A stretch of DNA of 64,000 nt from positions 104,346,001-104,410,000 of the forward strand of contig NC_042999.1 in NCBI RefSeq assembly GCF_006345805.1, written 5' to 3'. A program made the translations under genes and the position numbers. The DNA comes from Octopus sinensis. Taxonomy: Eukaryota. The notes under the pieces were generated by a model. The model did no database searches and was not told where the DNA came from. It was given only the letters and a program-made list of their open reading frames with translations. Positions within the stretch are counted from its first letter, which is position 1, and each line of letters begins with the position of its first letter. This document shows, piece after piece, positions 27,735-41,500 of this stretch.

Positions 27735-27779
<45 letters not shown>

Positions 27780-30700
27780 TTATTTGTGTATTAAGGTTAC
27801 CATTAGTTTTGTGTTAAGAAAATATCTTAATTTTTCAAGCCAGTTACATGGTGGAATGGTGTTCTTCTCTGTTTTCATTCAAAATGGTGACGAACACCAT
27901 TCCTTCATGTGATTAGCTTGAAAAATTGCTGAGATATGAAGATATTTCTTAACATAAGACCAATGGTAGCCTTAATACACAAATTAAGAAATTTTATCCA
28001 CCAATGCAGTATTGGGCACTCATTCTCATTGTTTGACATTTACGTATATATAGGTATATGTATATATGTGTGTACTTGTGTGTGTATGTTTCTCATGTTT
28101 TGATTGCTTTGTGGTCCCCCACATTGTTAGCCATGTCTTGGTGAAGGCTCCAAAACAGACCAGATCTGATCAATACAAGGGTTATAGGTTACTCTTGAGT
28201 AATCAGTTAGCCATTGATTTGACTAGGCAGTGAGAACCAAGGGTGCACAACAACAGCAACATCCCCAAGCCAATGAGGAATCTGCTATATCATCACTTCT
28301 ATGTAGTTACTCAACCTACTAGAAATAGCAGTCAACCCTCCCTCGAATCATGCTTTACCTTCTTAAAAAAATGAAGACCACATTGGATAATTGCAGTCCT
28401 AGAAAACCTGTTTTGAAAATAAAATGGATTAGTCATCTTCTCAGTGAGTTTTGACTCTGGGCTTAACAGTGACAACAACAACAATAATAACATCAGTAAC
28501 AAAGCATTCAGCTCCATTACATTGTTCACTTCCTTCTCTTTTTTTCGTTGTGTATGCAGTGTCAACTGAAGTCTAAATGTATCTGTCTCCCTTCTACAGA
28601 TGCATCATTAACAGGAAATGGCAAAGATGTCGACATAAAGATCATCATCATTGAAAACCCGGCAGCATACAAGGAGATGCTGTCCTTGGTGGAGAAGTCC
28701 CTCTCAAAGGATGCTCCTGTTGATGGAGCAACATCCTCAAAAGTGTCTGGCTCTGACAAAACACAACACTTAGCTAAGAGCAAGAAGCGTACCTGGCCAT
28801 TTCTGTTGCCAAAAAAGAGCAAAAGTGCTAAAGGTGATAGAGGAGATGAAGAAGAGGAGGAAGAAGAGGGGAAAGATAAAGAAAAAGACCAGGGAGGAGA
28901 GGAAGAAGCAGGCTCAAACATGGAGGCAGTGAAGAAAGAAGAGAAGGAAGAAGCAGTGGAAAATAATAAAGGTGATAGGGACAGTAAAGAGGAAAGTGAT
29001 TTCCTCCAACATGCTTCTGAAATGTGAGTGTTCTTTGACGTTTTTCACTGTGAAGTTTGGTTTGGTAGATTTTTTTTTTAACCATTTGTATTTTGGTAAA
29101 TTTTCAGCAATGTGACTGAGAATACAGCAGGTGCTGATTTATCACTGGCAATTGTGATTAGTATATTGATTTCAAATTTTGGCACATGGCCAGCAATTTC
29201 GGGTGTGGAGGGTAAGTGGATTACATCAACCCCAGTGCTCAGCTGGTACTTAATTTTATCAACCTTGACAAAAAAATGAAAGGCAAAGTCGACCCTGGTG
29301 GTATTTGAACTCAGAACATGAATTCAGAAGAAATGCTGTTAAGCAGTTTGTCCAGTGTGGTCATGATTCTGTTAGCTCGCATCCTTGACTTGTGATTAAT
29401 ATATTACTGTTTGTCATATAGTGTCCAATTTATTACTGTAGCAAGTCATAAAACGCGGCAATATGACGTAATGGTCATTTGCCAGAACAAGCATAATTGT
29501 TGGTATCCCTTTGGTTAAAATTACTGCCCATATACGAATTCTAAATTTTCGTCAAAGAAATCTTTCACGAAATATGGTTCTTAGAATTCGGATATGAGCA
29601 GTTATAAAAAGCCTGATTTTTGGGAAATTACTCAGTAATCGTAGGATGTTACTAAACTCCACAACACTCACAATAGTGATAGTTGGATGTTACTAAACTC
29701 CATGACACTTACTCCTTGAGATATTGGCTATTTTTTATACCATATCTATAAAAATCCAACAAGACTTATTTGAATTGTTGTGAACTCTAGTAGTTAGTAT
29801 TAAGGATTAGCTAGTGTGAATTTTAAGTCGTAACTCTCTACGACAAAATGATTTTACTTTCCAATTGTACTATAAATGCTGAATTTACATAAATAAACTA
29901 ATGTAGTAATTATTTTCTCTTTCTTCACACTCTTCAACTTGTTAATAAAATTTATTTCTGCAATTATGAAACTGTATTTTTTTATAGCCAGTTTGGTTAC
30001 TGTTTGTATAACACTTCTTTTATATGTTTCCTATTTGGGAATAGATAATAAATATATTTTACTTTTGAAGTAGGAATATATATTGATAAACACGTCACTT
30101 ATAACTCACTTATAAATGTTATCATTATACATAAATCCTGACTCCAGCTACATAAACGCCATAGCGAGAAATATATACTCTGAAACGCTAACGGACATTT
30201 TATGCGTACATGTATGTTGAAGATAAATAAATTTGTGTTCTTTTAATCATGAAAGATTTCTTTGATGAAAGATTAGAATTCGTATATGGGTAGTAATTTT
30301 AACCAATGAGATACCAACAATTATGCTTGTTCGGGCAAATGACCATTATGTCATATTGCCACCTTTTATGACTTGCTACAACCTGTTTATCACTGATTAT
30401 TAACTAAGTGCAGGTATGGCTATGTGGTTAGGTAATCCCTTTCAAAATCATACAGTTTCAAGTTCAATCTACCTGTGTGGCATCTTGGGCGAGTATCATC
30501 TATATAGCCTTGGATTGGCCAATCTTTGTGAGTGAATTTACTAGACAGAAACTGCATGGAAGCCACTGTATGCATACGTTCCCTCATACTTATATGTATG
30601 CTTATATATTTATACATGTATATATGTATGTGGATCTGTGTATTTGTGATTGTCTCTCAGTATCTTGTCTTTATATATTACCTCTTAACAACCAGTTTTT

Positions 30701-33700
30701 GTCTATGTTCACGTAACTTAGTGAGTCTAAAATAAATACTGGGGTCAGTTTGATTGACTAAAATATTAGAGGTGTTACCTTAGCATAGACACAGACTAAT
30801 GACTAAAACCAGTAAAAGAGAAAAGAACAAAAGAACAGCCAGTATTATCCTTGTTAATTGACTAGTTAGTCATTGTCAAATAACTTGTTTATTTCTGATA
30901 ATTAACTATTGACTAATTGCTGACTTCCAATGAACAATTTACCATATGTCAGTGACAAATTATTGGTAACCTCTTTATCACTGACAAGTTGAATATAATT
31001 TTGTCATTGCTAGAAATGAGGTGGCTGAGTGGGTAAGTTATCTATTCTTGACATTGGAAAATTACCCTGGGATGTTTTCTGCATAAAGAGCATAGTTAAA
31101 TGCAGGCTAAAATTTGAACCCTTTAGCATTTAAACTGGATATATACAGCCTTTTTGTTCAAACTGGCCAAATCTGACTTCTTGTACCTATCTTACAATGG
31201 CATTCAAAAAAATAAGCAATTGCATCATTGAAATCTTGAGGTTACAAAATAATGATGGTTAATTCAGAACAATGTTAATAAATATGCATTTCATTTGACA
31301 GAGTAATCTGAGTGTTAAAGGGTTAATGTAAATCTCTAAAATTTTCTGTCAATTGGAATTGTTCAAACCTGCTGCAGATATTTTATTTTTCGTCAGAAGA
31401 ACTTTATTCTATATTACCTAGCTGTCAGGGATAGTATAAGATCTGTCTTTGAATGCTTCCTGTGGTAGACTTGTGTCTTATCCAGCAGGTTATTATATCT
31501 CATTTGCTTATGCCTTTAAAATCCTTTCACACTTAGGCAGCTATCAATGTTCTTCTTTAATAATTCACTTGTGACTAATCATGAATTTATTCTGAAACAT
31601 CATTAACCAGACATATTAATGCTACTATAAAAGTCATCAATTTGTCGATTGGGAATTTTATTAGTTTGATAGCATTTTCTTTACTCCTCAATTTACATTT
31701 TGTAACTTTAGCAACTAAACCCTTAGTTAAACTCATTTGACTTTTGCTGACAAACTAAGCTTTCTATAGTACCTGCCTATTGACAGAAGAAAGAACGGGG
31801 CTGTTGAGGTGTAGAAACTGTAGCCTTTTAGGCAGGGCCTTTTCATCAGAAGCCTTCCACCTGAAACAGCAAATGCAATTTCTGTAGGCACTCCTACCAT
31901 TCTGGCGGTGGGATATGAACAAGCAGCACTTCAACTCATTGATTAGCTCATTATTTAAGATTGTTAATTATTATATGTTTATGACTTCAAGGTGAAAAGG
32001 GCAGTGTCCGTTATGCTTGCCATGTCTCTAATAGTTGTGAGAAGAAAGAGCAGAAAAAAAAAAGAAAGCATGACTCAAGGGTTACTGCAGTAGGAAGAAG
32101 CACATCCAGATACCCTCAAACTTGAAACTTAGCTTGAATATTAGCAACAGAGTGCACAGTACTAAATGTGCCCAATGTGGCGAATGAGGCGTATAATCCA
32201 TTTGATGGCTATGAACACAGTTTACATTTTTCCTTGTTTCATTTGCAAGGCTTCAGTTGACTGATGCTTAAGTAGAAAAATGTCCATGTGTTTTGAGAAC
32301 TAAACTTCTTAACCACATGAACATGCTTGTGGGTGAGCTGTGACTGCCTTATATTTTATACATATCTTTTTAAATTTATCCCCCAAATTGTGTAGATAGT
32401 TATTTGAAAGCCAAGAGATAAAGTGAAGCTGTTTTTATTTCTTATATTTCTATTACTAAGTTCTAGACATCTTGATTCATGCACGTGTGTGTGTGTGTGT
32501 GAATACCTCTTTGTTAATGTGTGCTTGTATGTAGAGTTTAATGATCATTGTATGATTTTTTTTGTTTTGTTTATGTTCCAGGGTTGAAAAAGAATTGAAT
32601 GATATCCTTCAAAGTGAAAAACACCAAGAACCACAAACTGAAACTGAAAAATGGATGTACAATTATTTAGACAAAGGTATGTTTGTGTGTGTTTGTGTAT
32701 GTATATATTTAGTTCTCAGTTTAGTAATTAACCCTTTCGTTACTGTATTTATTTTGAGATGCTCTGTGTTTCTTTCAATTACTTTGAATATAACAAAGAA
32801 TTTAGTAAAATAACTCAGTTATCATTCAGCTAGTGTTAGGAACATAAATTGTGATTAAGGTTTGGTGGAAGATTTTAATTCAAAACTTATGAAAACAAGA
32901 CATTTGTACTCAGAGCCAGAGCTGGTTTCAGCCAGGTTGGTAACGAAAGGGTTAAGGATAATAATGAAATATGTACTGGCATTTATAATAAAACAGAAGA
33001 TTTTGGTTTCCAAGTGGCTTCAATGCCATGGTTCAGTTGTAGAATTCCTTCTTTTATTGCTTATGGTGTTTTTTGGGGGGCAAATTGTCAGATATAGTAC
33101 TATTATTAATAATGCTAATAAATTTTTGGGAAAATAATAAACTGTTAAGACATTTAGTAAAACAAGGTTAAAACTTTTAATCGCTGTTTAGGTGGGAGAC
33201 TTGAAATTTTAAATAAATATGGGGTAATATCTAGTCTTCAACTTAGCAAATATTTGTAAAGATTTAGAATGTTTATGGTGCAAGTTATTTGCTTACTACA
33301 TCACCAATATTGTTCAAGTCAATGGAGGAAGTAGTAATTACACACTACATCGTCAATAGTTAAGATAGTCTTTTAAGTTTGATAAAACATTTAAGTGTTA
33401 ATGCTTTGTAATTTTACTATCTTTTAAACAGTTTTGATAAATCGTAGGAAGGTTTTAGAATAATAGTTAATTACAAGTATACTTTTATTAGTTCCTATAT
33501 GATAAAATTTAATTTTTCTTTAGTTACTGGTAATTTCACATTAAAGCTTGTAAGGGTAATTGATATATATTAATGAGTATGTCGTGTTTTTGTTATTAAC
33601 TTTTGAATTATGAAATAATGTATTTCACTCTTAATTATTATATTATATTATTCGTTAAATTAAATTCAGTCGTGTTTTGTTTTGGAGAGAATTGAATATT

Positions 33701-34480
33701 AAGCTTTCACTTTTTTTATTATAGTAGTAACTATGGCAGACTGGTGGGGTTATTATTTGTATGGACTTAAAGATTGGTTGCTATTTAGTATATAATTTAG
33801 TTATTATAGGTTTACTATTAATACCAATACAGATGTACATATATTTATGTGTTTCTTTGTTGTAGTTTAATTTTAAAGTTAGTGTTTAACCCTGCCTATA
33901 TTTAGATTGAATGTGGTTATTAAGCTTTCACTTTTTTATTATAGTAGTAACTATGGCAGACTGGTGGGGTTATTATTTGTATGGACTTAAAGATTGGTTG
34001 CTATTTAGTATATAATTTAGTTATTATAGGTTTACTATTAATACCAATACAGATGTACATATATTTATGTGTTTCTTTGTTGTAGTTTAATTTTAAAGTT
34101 AGTGTTTAACCCTGCCTATATTTAGATTGAATGTGGTTATTAAGCTTTCACTTTTATTATACTATTGAAGACTGTAGGGAATATTTTTTGTATGACTTAA
34201 AGGTTTGGTAGCTGTTTAGTTGCATATTTACGAGTTGGTTATAGATTTACTTATTTAATTTATTTACTAATACTGTTGTACATAGGGTAAGTGTGTTTGA
34301 AAGTTGTGGTTTCTTTGGTATGTTTGTTCCTAAACAATACTTATTTTAGTGCTGTTGACACTGCCTGATTGAATGGTAGGTTACTCTGTACTTATGTAGA
34401 GTACAGATTTGTAATTCTTATAAAAGAATCTTGTTGTCAGTGACTTCAAACTTTTGGCTACCTAACCCATCGCTGGACTG

Positions 34481-34518
<38 letters not shown>

Positions 34519-37500
34519 ATCTTCATATATACCTATGTATGTGTTTGTATCTATCATCTTATCTATCTGCTTTTCTGTCTGTCTGTCTATTTCTCTATCC
34601 ATCCATCCATTCACCCTCTTGAAAGTAAAGACTTCACTGTTACTACAGTGAAGTCTTTACTTAATATATATTTAATATTTATGTGTGTTTTTATCTGTTA
34701 TATCATCTCAGATTTATAACAATCGAGAAATGAAGGTATTGGAATGTTTATAGCATTTTTAATAGCTCTTATTTTAATTAATATTCTCATCATATTTCTC
34801 AAAATAAAAAAAAATATTTGTTGTATTGTTTAAATTTGTGATTTAAATAAATATAGTTAATGTGGTATAGTTATTATTTTTAAGAAATGCTATGCAATTT
34901 TTATTGTAGTAAGTTTATTGATATTACATTTATGTGTAAGTTTAAATGAATTATTATGGTAATTAGTTTTAATGAAAATATTGAGGGATAAGATTTTTAT
35001 ATTTTGGTGAGATTATTTAGTTAATATTGGGTGGGTGTAAGTTGAGTTATAAGATTTTCTTACAAATATTGATTATTATAATGGTAAAGTATAATTGTAA
35101 TTCTTTAATAAAATAAATTGTTTTGATTTGAAAAAAAATTATGTATAATGTTAAAATGAGCATTGAGATATGAATATGTAATTAAATACACTTTATCAAT
35201 ATTAATAATGGCTGCAGGCCATTATTAATATGGGATTCAAATTTTGGCACAAGGCCAGCAAGTTTAGAGGAGGGGGTAAATTGATTAGATTTCTCCAATT
35301 CTTAACTGGTGTATTGACTCTCAAAAGGACGAAAGGTTAAGTTGACCGTGGCAGCATTTGAACTTAGGACGTAAAAAACGGTCAAAATGCTGCTAAGCAT
35401 TTTGCCCAGTGTGCTCACAGTGCTACCAGCTCGCTGTCTTCAATCATTATTAATATTGATATTAAAACCAAGGTGATGAACTGGCAGAATCATTAGCACA
35501 CTGAGCAGAATGCGTGGAGGTATTTCGTCTGTTTCCCTTTCTCCTGAAACTGCTGGTCTTGTGCCAAAATTTGAAATCAATATTAAGATACAAACCAGTG
35601 TCATTTGTAAATATTGGTCATTGCTTCAAACCAGTTTCTTTTCAACCCCCACACTTTGATTAATGCTGCAGTGGTTAGATTGTTAGGCTCTCAGTCATGA
35701 GATTATGAGGGCTATGTTTTGTTCTTGAGCAAGATGAGTTGCGATATCACTGGTGCCAAGCTGTATTGGCCTTTGCCTTTTCCTTGGATAACATTGGTGG
35801 TGCGGAGAGCAAAGGCTGTTATGCATGGGTGACTGCTGGTCTTCCATAAACAACCTTGCCCAGATTTATGTCTCAGGGGGTAACTTTCTAGGTACAATCC
35901 CATATTCGTTCATGACCGAAGGGGGTCTTTACCCTTTTACCCTCTCTATTGTATATAATTTATATTGTGTGTATGTATGTATAATTTTTATTTATGTTGA
36001 TGGTAGAGCTGTGCATGTGTTTTGTATGTGATGGAAAATGTATGTGAACATATTTGTTGGGTGTTTGCTGTTTTAAATGTTTAAACTTTGAATTTCAAAC
36101 TTCATTGAGCATATATGTCTATATGTATGTATGTATGTATGTTTGTGTGTATGCATGCATATATGCATATGTGTGTGTGTAAGTGTTTGAGTGTGTATAT
36201 ATCAATTATCTTTGTCATCGTCATCATTTTGCATCTGTTTTCCATGATAATGGGGTTGGACACTGTGACAGGATCTAATGCATCGGAGGACCATGTCTTG
36301 CTTCAGTGACACAATTTTAGCTTGCTATCTCTACCTGGTTGCTCTTCCTTACACATTCACTTTACAGATTATACTGTGTCAACTTTTTGTGGCACCAGCA
36401 TTAGTGAGGTTGTCTTACCTTCAGCAACACTAATGAGTCCTCTTTAATTATGTGCTGTCTCTGCTTGATTTGCCAACTACTTTACAAACTGTAGTGAGTG
36501 TGCTTTTGCATGCCACCAGCACTAGTGAAGTTGCCTTGTAACTTGTAAGGTGGAAGAGCTTTTGTGACTGAAAGAAAGAATTGGAATGAGTAATGACTTT
36601 TGGTGGGGAGTTGAGGGAAGTTACAGTATGATGGGAGGAATGGATTTTTTGCTGTAAAAAGGTGATAGGGCAGAGAGTAACAAAAGTGACAATGTATTGG
36701 ACAAATTATAAAAGGTACAGGTGAGAGGGAAAAGAGAACTGTTTGGGGGATAATGAGAAAGAAAGAAGACCAGAGTAGTAGGAATGATGGGCTTGAGTAG
36801 GAGGAACCTAATGCTATTGCAAGTTATATATTCTGTCATCATTATTTTACAGCTGGTTTCATGCTGGGATAGATTGATGTTTTGTCAGAATCTAAAACTA
36901 TTCATGTTGAAATTACAGCCTTCTTGGACAAGTTTTAGGGATTATGTCTTGCTTAGACATTGTAGTTTTTGGTATGGATTCTACAGCTGGATGTCCTTCT
37001 TAACATCAACCACTTTACAGCATGTACTGGGTATATTTTTCATGGCACCGGCATCCTTGAAGTCACCTTGTAACTCAAGGAATTAAAGAAGTCCACACAA
37101 CTGAGAGTAAAAATCGAAGAGGGAGTGAGAAGTTAAAATGTGACAGGAGGGATGCGGTTGTGGAGAGACTAAGGGAGAAAAAGCTTTATGGAAGGAAGTA
37201 ATATGAGGGAAGGGAAAAGTAAGAAGGAAAGTGTGGTGTCAGATACCTTGAGAGAGAGAGAGTGTCAGAGAGTGATAAGGACAATGGAATGGGTTGAGTA
37301 AGAGGCTAGATGGAGTGGGAGGAGTTGTAGTGAGGGAGATAAAGATGTTAGTGATGATGATGATGATGAGGTGCTAGGGCATTTTCTCAAATTAGCGTAT
37401 TCAGAAAGATTTACACTGGGTAGATCTTATAGAATTTTCACAGGCCCCCTTTCTAACAAACAGAGCACAGCTATTTTTCTGATACTAGAAGCGCACTGTC

Positions 37501-38479
37501 ATTTTATTTACTAAAACTTTTGTTCCAGTTAAGTTTACTTTAAAGTCCTTCAATTCTAGATTTTACTTCTGTGTCTGGAATTTTCGTTTCAATTCTTCTG
37601 CAAGTTATGCTATAAGAGCTAAGTCATCAGCATGCAAGAATTTCCAGGAGTAGAGTAGCTGGTCTTATATTACTCTGCTATGGTTTGAAGAACTGTAACG
37701 AGCAGGAGTTGAAGGGACAAGGCTGGGAATTGAGCCCCAATGGACCACTGCCTGTGCACTAATTTCATTATTGAACTCCTTGCTGATTTTCGCATTGCTA
37801 GTTGCTCCTTCTGCACATATCTTGTTTGATGCTCACAAGCCATTCAGCTACTCCTAGTTTCCTTAGCAACCATCAGATCACAGTACAAGGGATTCTGTTA
37901 AAGGCCTTCTCCAAATTGAGGAACGCTTGGTATAGGGGTTTACACCTAGCTTTGTACATATGTTTGTGTGTGTAGTTGTAGTTGATGCTGTCTTTTCTTT
38001 TTAGTCAAGTGGTTTGTGGTTGTTGTTTGTTTTCATGTCTAATTTGATCAATTCATGTGTATCACGCCTGCAGATCCAGCAGGCCAGATCTTACTTATCC
38101 TGGTTCCCATGGCATTTAAACAGCTTGGGAGTACAAGACTCCTCCTCTGAACAAGATACCAGTCAGTTGAAAGTGTTAGTAACCCAAAGCCCCTCCCCAC
38201 CCCACAAGCTGTTGCTGGGGCTAATTTTCAACTGATTGGACTGAAGCAGCATGAAACAGCCTGTTGCATATATTGTGTGTGTGTGTGTGTGCTTCTGTTT
38301 GTTTTTCGTCATTTGACTATTAATATTGTTTTTTTATTTTATCTTTTATGTCCCCATAACAAGAGACCCCATAGAATGAGTAGCAGGCTTATGAAATAAG
38401 TACTGGGGTTGATTTGGTTGACTAAACCCTTAAAGGCAGTGCCCCAGCCCAATAAATGAAATAATTGAAAGACTCCATA

Positions 38480-38554
<75 letters not shown>

Positions 38555-41500
38555 CATGCATACATATATATATATACACACACACACACTTGTACACGTA
38601 TGCAGGCACAAACAGACACAGATGCATATATGCACACACACACACAGACAGTGGTATTTATCATGTGTATGTACATACATATGCATTAACTTGGGGAGAA
38701 AAAACGTGTTAAGAAAATTGCTTCAGCGAAATGTTTATTTTTAGTCTAACTAAAGAAATATTGTAAAAATTATCATTCCTGTCAGCTGCTAATAATCACA
38801 TCAACTGCTTACAGCAATCACTGTAAGTAGTGTTGTCTAGAAGTCTGGCTTTTCTTCCTCCTTTGTCTCTCTATTCTCTTCCTTGTTGTTTCCTCTATAA
38901 AATTTGTGTTACTACTTCTATGATATCTAACTTGCTTTCTCTCTTGCTGTCTGTTTCCTCCTCTTCTCCTCTCCACATCGTGTTTTGCTGCCATCAAACT
39001 ATAGTTTTATTGTTTGTGAAAAGAAGGTTGAGTTCTTCCACCCACTCTTTACCCTGACCTTCACCTACTATTCTGGCAGTCATACCTTATTGATGTCAAA
39101 CCAGCTACTGCCCTCCCCATCCTACAATGAGTGATGCCAACCATGCCCAGCAGCTCTGTAACTTATTTTCCTTACTGTTTCTTCACCATGGCTGTTGAAT
39201 TCATTTACATCATTGTCATCATCTTCATCATCATCATCATTGTCTATGGCATCTTAATAGCTCCTTAGTACCACACTCAAAACCAGTGTCCTTTCACTTC
39301 TGTCTCACTGAATTCCTTCTTGTACTATCATCATCATCATTTAATATCCACCTTCCATGCTGGCATGAGTTGGATGGTTTTGACAGGAGCTGGCAACCCA
39401 GAAGGCTGTATCAAGTTCCACTGTCTGCTTTGGCATGGTTTCTATGGTTGAACACTCTTCCTAATGCCAACTACTTTACATAGTGTACTGGGTGTTTTTA
39501 AGTAGCACCAGCACCAGTGGGGTCACCAAATAACTTGCATGACACGACCCTGCAATTGATGTGGGAGTAGTATTGAGGGAGGTACCTTTGTGCCAGGTGA
39601 AAACTATTTTTCCTTCTCCACAAATGTCTGCTAAAAGATGAATAGAGTAGTGATGCATAATAAAATTGCTCTTAATTATGTCAGTCGGCTTGTTGGCAAC
39701 AATGAAGTTTAAATTTTTGCTCTGACTTTTAAGGTGTTATATTAGTGACTACCAGTGCCATCTCATTTACTAGAAAGCTGCTCATTCTTTTTGTCTCCAT
39801 TGTTTAATATTTCCACTGACTCTAATACATTCATCAGCTTCCTCAACAGTTCTCTCTACTGACACCATCCTCCTCTCTACCTTGGTTTGCTGTAAATCTA
39901 CAGACTCCTGTCTCAGCTTTTCTTTCTCACATCCCTCCCCAATGTACTAAATTTGCCATCACTTTCTCATAATTTCTCCATCTCTGTTGCCTCTGTAGTA
40001 AAGTCTTTGATTCCAGTGTCAATCTGAAGCAAGTGCATCTCTTTTTACATTGGAACCTTCAGCTTGTAGATACTACTGCCAGTTGTAGGTAGTGTCTGCC
40101 TACTACATAGCAGGATGCTGCACAGCTGCCATGACTGGTTTTAAACCCCTTGCTTTTCACCCTGTGACCTTTTTACTTAGCACACTTCAACTTCTGCTCT
40201 CTTGCAATCTGATCTTGTAATTACTCCAATCTTTTCTGAGTCACTACTCTGCCTTTCAGAAGGGACAAAAATTCATGTTACATTATGATCAGAAGTTCCC
40301 TTGTCTCTAACTCTATTCAATCTGGAGCCTATATTTGCTCCTGCTCCTGATCTTCTTTTATCTCCTAAACCAAATTTCTATTAAGGTTTATAGTTATTGT
40401 GATTGACTTCTTCAGCTGTACTTCCTCTAATTTACTGCTTAGCATGCAAGCTCTGCAGTATGCTATATATAGGCCTGTAACAAATTGTTATCCTAGTTTC
40501 CATAAAACAGCCAATCACTGTTTGGCTGCTCGTTTATGGGAACATCTTGATGTCTGTAACAACATCCAGGAAATCTTCAAGCCCTTAGCCCTCTACTTTA
40601 ACTCAAGAGTTCCCATGAGTAACCAGTGTGAACTTTTCTGTTATGGCCTTCAGAACTGTAATAAATGGGATGAGATTGAAAACCCATAGACTCTTTCCTG
40701 CACACTTAATTTGTCATTGAGTTTATTAGTAACTTCTACTTTGCTGACAGCACCTCTGTACTTGGCTTCCATGACTTTTACAAGCCAATCTTTCACTCCC
40801 AGTTGTTTTGGCAGCCACTACCCAAGGGGCATGGTATTCCTTTTCAAAGGAAACTGATGCTAAGAATATTGATTTTTTCTTGGTTTAGGACTTCTCTTGT
40901 AATTGTCTCATTAAGAAGAGAATATTGATATTGATGATTCTTTTACCTAGTACAAACTCTAACTATATTTCATCCAATCTAGTCCTCTCCATGATTAGCT
41001 TTGCCACAACAAAGTGTCTCTTCCAGTATTTGGTCCATCAATATAATGTTTCTGTAGATAGTTCTTTCTAAAGCACTGCATTTGCCTTTCTAGCAGTTCA
41101 CAATGCTATACCGACAACATTATTATAATAATATTCAGATGTAATATTATTCAAAACTACTTAAAACAAGCATCCATATATATAACAACATCAAGAGTGA
41201 AGTGAAAAATGTAGCAAAAATCCTGACACTTGACAGTAGACTATCTTAGCTACATTCCAAGCATACACAAGAATTAAAAACCATAAAAATAATTGTATCT
41301 AGTTCTAAATATAGGTTAATCCACCCAGCTAAATCTGAGACAGGTTTTGTCAGTAAGAATATTTTAAATAACTGGAACTATAACATTAAGTCAGTTATCA
41401 ATCTGCAACAATGGAACTGTTGAGTTTGACTTATTATCTCTAATTCCTGTCTATTTTAATGCACTCAGAACTATAACATAGATGATAATGATATAGATTA

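Noticed and set aside
31840-31880. Other CTGATGA motifs (minus strand here; also near 8720, 20560, 39830, 59395, 61257)
   Set aside because: No properly spaced GAAA with compatible stems I-III, so these are not hammerheads.
33130-33690. Mitochondrial insertion (tRNA cluster or gene)
   Set aside because: The strand skew is suggestive, but I could not fold a tRNA or translate a mitochondrial protein. Kept only as one hypothesis in the findings.
33698-34375. CRISPR-like or prokaryotic repeat array
   Set aside because: The units are long tandem copies with no repeat-spacer alternation, and the context is a eukaryotic intron.
38800-39170. Possible LINE C-terminal remnant (purine-rich minus strand)
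   Set aside because: Compositionally suggestive, but no recognisable motif.
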